DNA of 64,000 nucleotides from Candidatus Latescibacterota bacterium (GTDB lineage Bacteria; Latescibacterota; UBA2968): NCBI GenBank assembly GCA_965207885.1, contig OZ242311.1, positions 2,048,001 to 2,112,000 of the forward strand, read 5' to 3'. Shown piece by piece: positions 57,857 to 64,000 of this stretch (position 1 is its first letter; each line of letters starts with the position of its first letter). The notes under the pieces were generated by a model. It saw only the letters and a program-made list of their open reading frames with translations, ran no database searches and was not told where the DNA came from. The position numbers and the translations under genes were made by a program.

Positions 57857-58366
57857 ATGCAGAGGTTTCGACTCTTCGGTTTTTTGGCAGTGGCGATGCT
57901 TCTGGCCGCGTCCTGCGATGTGTGGGCACAGCCTCAAAGAGGCGGTCAAGGGCAGGGGCAGCGCGGTCAAGGGCAACGCGGCGGCGTTCAGGTGCAGCGT
58001 TTTTTGCCGGTTGAACAGGCGCTAACCTATCTGGCGTTTAACGAGAATGTCGCCCTGAGCGATGAGCAACTCGTCAAGGTACGCGCGTCACTTAAGGGGA
58101 TTTACGCAAAAAGGCAGGAGTTGCAAAGAAGCCTGCGCGGTAGCAATGATCAGCAGGCGGCCATGCAGAAAGTGCGCGCACTGCGAATGGAAATGATGCA
58201 GGGCCTGACAGCCATTCTCAATGAGAACCAGACAAAGGTATTTCAAGAACAGATGCAGCGGATGGGACAGCGCGGTCAACGCGGGCAGCGCGGCGGGCAA
58301 GGTGGTCGCGGCGGGCAAGGTGGTCGCGGTGGCGGTGGTGGTGGCGGTGGTGGCGGTGGAGAATAA
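57857..58366 (+). CDS. secreted Spy/CpxP-like helical protein with Gly/Gln/Arg-rich low-complexity ends
   Basis: Signal peptide, LSDEQ and ILNENQ (LTxxQ-like), QRG/RGG repeats, poly-Gly tail. Confidence 0.65.
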   Translation: MQRFRLFGFLAVAMLLAASCDVWAQPQRGGQGQGQRGQGQRGGVQVQRFLPVEQALTYLAFNENVALSDEQLVKVRASLKGIYAKRQELQRSLRGSNDQQAAMQKVRALRMEMMQGLTAILNENQTKVFQEQMQRMGQRGQRGQRGGQGGRGGQGGRGGGGGGGGGGGE

Positions 58367-58405
58367 AGCAGAGGTCTCTCTGCCTGTTCCGTGTTGGTGA
58401 TGTCA

Positions 58406-58444
58406 AAACGCGGGTTTCTTTGAAGAAACCCGCGTTTGTTTTTT
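58406..58444 (+). terminator. intrinsic terminator
   Basis: Perfect arms AAACGCGGGTTTCTT-TG-AAGAAACCCGCGTTT followed by GTTTTTT. Confidence 0.75.
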
Positions 58445-58507
58445 GGGTGCGCTTGTTTATCACAAAAAAATGGGTTACATTATCTGACATTGCAATGGGA
58501 GGGTTCT

Positions 58508-59863
58508 GTGATACCTGAGTTTTTCAAACATCTCAAGCGGCCTTTTTCATTTGCTGTTGTGAGTGATACGCATTTTGTGACGCGAGATTTTATCGGGCAA
58601 GCGTTTGACGCGACAAGACCTCTCAACACTGAGGGGTATGTGGAAAATGTGACCTATTCGCTCGCGCCAATGATGGATGCACTGCGCGGTCTCAAACCGG
58701 ATTTTATAGTTTTGACCGGTGATGTGGCCGAACCTCCGCTGGATCCAGAACACCACCGCGAGAATCTCAAGGCTGCACTGGATTTTTTTGCCACATGCGA
58801 TATCCCCCTGATTGTCGCTCGCGGAAATCACGATGGCACTTCGTCTTTTGATGAGGTTGTGGGGCCGCGTGTAGCACAGTTTTTAGGTGAGATGCCCAAA
58901 GCGCATTATTTTTCATTTGAGGTGGATGGTTGCCAGTTTATTGTTCTGGATACGCCGTTTTGGAATACTGAGCAATGTCAGTGGCTCGATGCCGTGTTGG
59001 CAGAAAATGCTTATGCACCGTCGTTTTTGCTGGGACATCATCCTATATGGCCAGTAGCACGTGCTTTTTTTTACAACCGCGATTTTCAGATGGATATGGT
59101 CAATCTTTTGTCTCGGCACGCGATTGATGCCTATTTTTGTGGGCATTCACACAATCAAAGCATTGTGTTGCACCGTACGCCCTATTTGCCGGTGTTGCAG
59201 TGTATGGGTGCTCTGGTCGGATTGTCTGATGCGCCGCCACTTCCGCTCCACCACGTTCAAGCCCTTTTGCCCACGCCCGATGATCTCATGGCCATTTGGC
59301 CCGGATATATTGAAAATACGGCTCCAGGATGGTTTATGGGATATGTTTCACAGGGCCAGGCGCGTGTGGAATGGCATCATATTAACCGCGGAGCCGAGGC
59401 CATGGTGCGTTGGTTTCGTCCTGGTGATATTCAGACTTTTTGGACGATGGCTCCTGCGCCCCCAGCCCAACTTATTGAAGCAAATTTACAGCGTATTCGC
59501 CAGGGGATTCTCCGTTTCTGTGCCTGGGATAGTATGGGAGATGCGCGCGTATTTCTCAATGGGAATGAAATTGGCCTTTTGCCGCGTGCAGATAATTTTA
59601 CGCCCAGTCGCCTCTCTTTACCTCCCAACGCGCTCGCTTATTTGCAGATGGAAAATAAGGTGCGTATTGAACCAGCTGAGGGAAGTGAGATGACTCTTGG
59701 CAATCTGGTTCTCGAAGTGGTATTGCCCGGTGGTCGTTATGTGCGATCGCAGGTTTTTGAAGAGATTTATACGTGGTCTAACCGGTGGGAAGGGTATGAA
59801 TACGAAACGTTGCAAAAGATGAAACCGGGACGACCGTTATCTACAGTGTTGTCTTTCAGGTGA
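58508..59863 (+). CDS. calcineurin-like metallophosphoesterase with C-terminal beta domain
   Basis: SDTH, TGD, RGNHD, GHHP, GHSH motifs. Confidence 0.87.
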   Translation: MIPEFFKHLKRPFSFAVVSDTHFVTRDFIGQAFDATRPLNTEGYVENVTYSLAPMMDALRGLKPDFIVLTGDVAEPPLDPEHHRENLKAALDFFATCDIPLIVARGNHDGTSSFDEVVGPRVAQFLGEMPKAHYFSFEVDGCQFIVLDTPFWNTEQCQWLDAVLAENAYAPSFLLGHHPIWPVARAFFYNRDFQMDMVNLLSRHAIDAYFCGHSHNQSIVLHRTPYLPVLQCMGALVGLSDAPPLPLHHVQALLPTPDDLMAIWPGYIENTAPGWFMGYVSQGQARVEWHHINRGAEAMVRWFRPGDIQTFWTMAPAPPAQLIEANLQRIRQGILRFCAWDSMGDARVFLNGNEIGLLPRADNFTPSRLSLPPNALAYLQMENKVRIEPAEGSEMTLGNLVLEVVLPGGRYVRSQVFEEIYTWSNRWEGYEYETLQKMKPGRPLSTVLSFR

Positions 59864-59867
59864 GGAT

Positions 59868-61910
59868 GTGATGGACGATAGAAGAGATACCAACCGATTG
59901 GTCCACGAGACCAGCCCGTATTTATTGCAGCATGCACACAATCCCGTTGCGTGGTTTCCGTGGGGAGAAGAGGCATTTGAAAAGGCTACTGCCGAAGACA
60001 AGCCCATTTTTTTGAGCGTGGGATATGCGGCCTGTCACTGGTGCCATGTGATGGAGCACGAGTGTTTTGAAAATGAGGAAATCGCGCAGATTATGAACGC
60101 GCATTTTGTCAATGTGAAGGTCGATCGGGAAGAACGCCCCGATGTCGATGAAATTTATATGAATGCAGTACAGGTTATGACCGGTTCAGGTGGATGGCCT
60201 ATGAGTGTGTTTTTGACGCCGCAGGGTGTTCCGTTTTTCGGCGGCACGTATTTCCCGCCTGAGAGCAGGCACAACATACCGGGCTTTCCCCAGGTTCTGG
60301 AATCCGTTGCCAGGCATTATCGGGAAAAAGGTGATAATGTCGCAGATGTGGCGAATCGATTGCACGAGCACTTGCGAGCGATGGCGCGTATTGATGCGTT
60401 GGCAGATGACCTGACTGAGACGGATTTTGACGGTGCATTTCAAAAGATCAGATCGAATTTTGATTTTCAAAATGGCGGGTTTGGAACACAGCCTAAGTTC
60501 CCAAATTCGATGAATCTCGATGTGTTTTTGCGGACCTATTTGCGTACGGGGAACGAAGAGGCACTTGCGATGGTGACATTGACGCTCGAAAAAATGGCGC
60601 GCGGGGGCATTTACGATCAGCTCGGCGGGGGATTTCACCGCTATTCTGTGGATCGCTACTGGCTTGTACCCCATTTTGAGAAGATGCTATATGACAATGC
60701 GCTGCTCGCACAGCTTTATACGCAGACTTATCAGGTGACTGAGCAACCGCTTTTTGCGCGCATTGCCAGGTCAATTCTGGATTATACGCGCCGAGAGATG
60801 ACCGCGCCAGAGGGCGGTTTTTATTCTACGCAAGATGCCGATAGCGAGGGGGAAGAGGGCAAGTTTTTTGTGTGGTCGCCGCAGGAGGTGGTGGATTTAT
60901 TGGGCGAAGAAGAAGGGGCGGTATTTTGTCGGTATTTCGATGTGACGGCGCGAGGTAATTTCGAGGGGAAAAATATTCTGAATGTCCCGCATGTTTATGA
61001 GGTTGATAAAGACGCAATGGCACGCGGATGTGCGATTCTGTTTGAGGCGCGAGAAGAGCGTATAAAACCCGGGCGCGATGAAAAAATTCAGGTGAGTTGG
61101 AATGGGATGATGATTTCGGCCTTTGCCCAGGCGTATCGGGCATTTGGCGATTCCGTTTATCTGGATAGTGCGTCAGATGCGGCTAAATTTATCCTGGAGA
61201 ATATGTGTACGGATCGCGGGCTTTTGTTGCATACCTGTAAAGATGGACAGGCGCGTTTCAATGCCTATCAGGATGATTATGCCTGTTTGATCGTCGGGTT
61301 AGTCGATCTGTACGAGGCCAGTTTTGAGCCTTCTTATCTCATTGCTGCCCGCGATTTTATGGAGGTGATGATCGATCAGTTCTGGGATGATGAAGATGGC
61401 GGGTTTTTCTATACGGGAAAAGATCACGAGGAACTGATTGTGCGGTCAAAAAATCCCTTTGACAATGCCACGCCCTCTGGTAATTCGATGGGGGCGCTGG
61501 CATTGCTGCGATTGGGAGCGCTGCTGGAGCGCGAAGATTGGCGGGATATGGCCGCCCGTCTTTTGCATCTTTTTGGCAGGCATATTCGGGAGGTGCCTTC
61601 GGGCTTTGGGAATATGATTTGTGCCCTGGATCTCTATTTGCAAGGGGTAGTTGAAGTCGTTGTTTTGGGTGATCGAGACAGCGAAGATACGATTGCCCTG
61701 CTCGATGTGGTGAATAAAACATGGCGATCCAATATCGTTTTGTGCGGGGGAAGTGATCCCGTGTCCGACGCTATTCCGCTTTTGAAAAATCGCGGCATGA
61801 TCGACGGATGCGCCACGGCTTATGTCTGTCGCAATTTTGTCTGCTCTGAACCCGTTACAGATGCCGAGGCACTGGAAAAATTACTGGATGAAGTTGGTTC
61901 GGGATACTAA
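59868..61910 (+). CDS. thioredoxin-domain protein, YyaL/SPATA20 family
   Basis: [53 protein letters not shown]. Confidence 0.93.
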   Translation: MMDDRRDTNRLVHETSPYLLQHAHNPVAWFPWGEEAFEKATAEDKPIFLSVGYAACHWCHVMEHECFENEEIAQIMNAHFVNVKVDREERPDVDEIYMNAVQVMTGSGGWPMSVFLTPQGVPFFGGTYFPPESRHNIPGFPQVLESVARHYREKGDNVADVANRLHEHLRAMARIDALADDLTETDFDGAFQKIRSNFDFQNGGFGTQPKFPNSMNLDVFLRTYLRTGNEEALAMVTLTLEKMARGGIYDQLGGGFHRYSVDRYWLVPHFEKMLYDNALLAQLYTQTYQVTEQPLFARIARSILDYTRREMTAPEGGFYSTQDADSEGEEGKFFVWSPQEVVDLLGEEEGAVFCRYFDVTARGNFEGKNILNVPHVYEVDKDAMARGCAILFEAREERIKPGRDEKIQVSWNGMMISAFAQAYRAFGDSVYLDSASDAAKFILENMCTDRGLLLHTCKDGQARFNAYQDDYACLIVGLVDLYEASFEPSYLIAARDFMEVMIDQFWDDEDGGFFYTGKDHEELIVRSKNPFDNATPSGNSMGALALLRLGALLEREDWRDMAARLLHLFGRHIREVPSGFGNMICALDLYLQGVVEVVVLGDRDSEDTIALLDVVNKTWRSNIVLCGGSDPVSDAIPLLKNRGMIDGCATAYVCRNFVCSEPVTDAEALEKLLDEVGSGY

Positions 61911-61964
61911 TTTGACAGAGGCGTCAACAATCTAACAGCTAAATTCCAAATGAAAGGATAGGTT

Positions 61965-62510
61965 ATGGCAGATGTTTTGATTATAGGCGATGGACCTGCG
62001 GGACTGAGTGCCGCGTTGTTTTTGACGAAGAATGGTCAGAATGTGACGGTGTTTGGGCAAGATGGAACGCCGATGCACAAGGCAATGCTCTACAATTATC
62101 TGGGCATTCCCGAGATGACGGGGAGTGAGTTTCAGCGGGTAGGTCGAGCGCAAGTCCAGAATTTGGGCGGCAAAATTGAGGATGTAGAAGTGACCGATGC
62201 CGAAAAGACGGATGGTGGGTTTGCGGTTACAACGGCGGATGGAGGCCGAAGAGAGGGGAAGTATCTCATTTTGGCGACTGGCACAAATACCAAATTGGCC
62301 GAGGATCTGAGTTTAGCTAAGGAGAATAAGGGTATTGTTGCCGATGGCGATGGTCGCACTTCGGTTGAGGGGCTTTTTGCGGTGGGTTGGAATACGCGTC
62401 TCATCCGCACGCAGGCGATTATTTCCGCCGGGCAAGGCGCCGCAACCGCGCTGGAAATTCTATCGCTCGAAGCCGGTGAAGATTTCCATGACTTTGATGT
62501 TGTGGAATAA
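61965..62510 (+). CDS. short FAD-binding thioredoxin reductase-like oxidoreductase
   Basis: IIGDGPAGLSAA, NYLG, LILATG, TSVEGLFAVG, QAIISAGQG. Confidence 0.8.
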   Translation: MADVLIIGDGPAGLSAALFLTKNGQNVTVFGQDGTPMHKAMLYNYLGIPEMTGSEFQRVGRAQVQNLGGKIEDVEVTDAEKTDGGFAVTTADGGRREGKYLILATGTNTKLAEDLSLAKENKGIVADGDGRTSVEGLFAVGWNTRLIRTQAIISAGQGAATALEILSLEAGEDFHDFDVVE

Positions 62511-62528
62511 GGTGAGATAGATTTCTCC

Positions 62529-62574
62529 GAGAGGTTCCAGGGCAGGTGGTGGGTATCTGGAACCTTCTTTTTTT
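62529..62574 (+). terminator. putative terminator
   Basis: GAGGTTCCAG...CTGGAACCTTC followed by a T run. Confidence 0.5.
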
Positions 62575-62592
62575 AAGCTGTGAGGTTTTCAG

Positions 62593-63705
62593 GTGAAAAT
62601 AGATGCCGCGGAAATTCGATATGTCGAGTTGCCACTGATTTCGCCGTGGCGCACGGCTTATGGCGAGGATGCGACAATTCATTCGGTGATGGTTAAACTC
62701 TCAGGTGGAGGAATCGCTGCCTGGGGTGAGGCTACGCCGTTTTACGCGCCGACTTATTCGTCCGAGTCGGCGCGATCTGTCTATGAGACGGCGCGGGAAT
62801 TTTTCTTGCCCTATCTGGTGGGAGAGCAAATAGAGACGGCGGCGGAACTGATGGCGCGGATTGCGGTGTTTAAAGGCAATCCCTTTTCCAAAGCGGCTGT
62901 GGAAACCGCGTGGTGGGCATTGGATAGTAAGTTGAAGGGCGTACCGCTCTGGCAGTCGCTGGGCGCAATTGATCCTACGGTGGCATGCGGTGCTGATTTT
63001 GGTGTGCAGGATACGATTGATGAACTTTTATCGCTGATTCAGGAGGCGGTAGATGCAGGATATCCGCGTATCAAGTTGAAGGTCCGCCACGGATGGGATA
63101 TTGAGATGCTCAAAGCCGTGCGCTCGGCTTTTCCCGATCCTGTGATTCATGTGGATTGTAATTCGGGGTATGATTTGAACGTGGATTTTGATACACTCAA
63201 GGCATTTGATCAGTTCAATTTGGCGATGATTGAACAGCCATTGGATCATCTGGATCTGATTGAGCACGCGGAGTTGCAAAGCCAAATTGAAACGCCCGTG
63301 TGTTTGGATGAGTCGGTAAAACGTCCGCGGGATTTTGAACTCGCTCTGAAAATTGGCGCGTGTCGCGTGATCAATGTGAAACCCGGTCGCGTGGGAGGCT
63401 TGTTAAATGCAGTGAAAATTCACGATATGGCACGCGATGCGGGCATAGATGCGTGGGTGGGCGGGATGCTGGAGAGCGGTGTTGGCGCTGGGATTTGTGC
63501 GGCGTTGGGTACGTTGCCGGGATTTAACTATCCGGCAGATGTGTTTCCATCTCGCAAGTTCTATGTTGAGGATATTACAGACCGGTGGATTGAACAGGAT
63601 GAGAATTGCAATGTGGTACTGGATGAGACGCCCGGCGTTGGATTCGATCCGGTTCCCGAAAGGCTGGAGAAAGTGACGGTTATGAAAGCAGTTATAGAAG
63701 CGTGA
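62593..63705 (+). CDS. menC: o-succinylbenzoate synthase / N-acylamino acid racemase family
   Basis: RIKLK, VDCN, IEQP, CLDES, NVKPGRVGG, GGMLE; no other men genes nearby, so racemase activity is plausible. Confidence 0.78.
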   Translation: MKIDAAEIRYVELPLISPWRTAYGEDATIHSVMVKLSGGGIAAWGEATPFYAPTYSSESARSVYETAREFFLPYLVGEQIETAAELMARIAVFKGNPFSKAAVETAWWALDSKLKGVPLWQSLGAIDPTVACGADFGVQDTIDELLSLIQEAVDAGYPRIKLKVRHGWDIEMLKAVRSAFPDPVIHVDCNSGYDLNVDFDTLKAFDQFNLAMIEQPLDHLDLIEHAELQSQIETPVCLDESVKRPRDFELALKIGACRVINVKPGRVGGLLNAVKIHDMARDAGIDAWVGGMLESGVGAGICAALGTLPGFNYPADVFPSRKFYVEDITDRWIEQDENCNVVLDETPGVGFDPVPERLEKVTVMKAVIEA

Positions 63706-63726
63706 AAGCAATGATAAAAAAATAAC

Positions 63727-63758
63727 AGTTCTACCGGATTCGGTAGGACTCTTTTATT
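63727..63758 (+). terminator. terminator between convergent genes
   Basis: AGTTCTACCG-GATT-CGGTAGGACT then CTTTTATTT. Confidence 0.55.
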
Positions 63759-63776
63759 TATATTAGTTCACTTTCC

Positions 63777-64000
63777 TTAAGCGAGCGCAAATTCCCCTTC
63801 TATTGGTTCCACAGTGACGGATACGGTGAGCGCGTGTTGACCACCGCCCAGGACCACGCCTTTGAGAGGGGTGACATCGGCAAAGTCACGGCCCCATGCC
63901 ACGGTGATGTGCCGGTCACCGGGTATGAGGTTGTTGGTCGGATCAAAGTCGATCCAGCCGTGATTGGGCAGGTACACAGAGAACCAGGCATGGGAGGCAT
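63777..64000 (-). CDS. transglutaminase-like protein, C-terminal part (5' end outside window)
   Basis: ASHAWFSVY..GWIDFDPTN..HITVAWGRDFADVTPLKG. Confidence 0.88.
   Translation of the reverse strand, partial: ASHAWFSVYLPNHGWIDFDPTNNLIPGDRHITVAWGRDFADVTPLKGVVLGGGQHALTVSVTVEPIEGEFALA

Noticed and set aside
62593-63705. Menaquinone biosynthesis operon
   Set aside because: Only the OSBS/NAAR-family gene is present, with no menB/D/E/F/H nearby.
1-64000. Transposases, integrases, prophage, rRNA, defence systems
   Set aside because: No recognisable motifs for any of these in the ORF set.

Overview
A 64-kb stretch of a diderm bacterial chromosome at roughly 50% GC. The PorV-like, GWxTD and Omp85 proteins and the PhyH, Gfo/Idh/MocA and TIM-barrel genes suggest an FCB-related, uncultured-type lineage such as Latescibacterota, but this is inference only. 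Most of the window is housekeeping, envelope and catabolic genes: guaA end, tRNA-Thr(UGU), ddl, ispDF, queA, accD, aroQ, sucD, rpiA, era, a Lol-like ABC operon, an L,D-transpeptidase and an OSBS/NAAR enzyme. The standout is a self-contained cluster at about 1.6-10.6 kb. It starts with a terminator and a sigma54-type promoter, then encodes two GT-B glycosyltransferases (one with a possible RRE-like C-terminal extension), two small acidic peptides sharing a double-glycine-type leader, a cNMP-cNMP-C39 peptidase ABC exporter, an HlyD adaptor and a cytoplasmic parvulin-like protein. This looks like a candidate new class of glycosylated, exported RiPP or peptide, distinct from SunS/GT2 glycocins. 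Secondary oddities include a 1,600-aa degenerate M28-PA/FtsX fusion paired with an OPT-like transporter, an active plus dead L,D-transpeptidase pair beside a helical lipoprotein, a fungal Pof1-like NMNAT, a metallopeptidase-propeller-Omp85 fusion, and heptamer repeat arrays at gene ends. All calls come from motif recognition by eye; no database searches were run.
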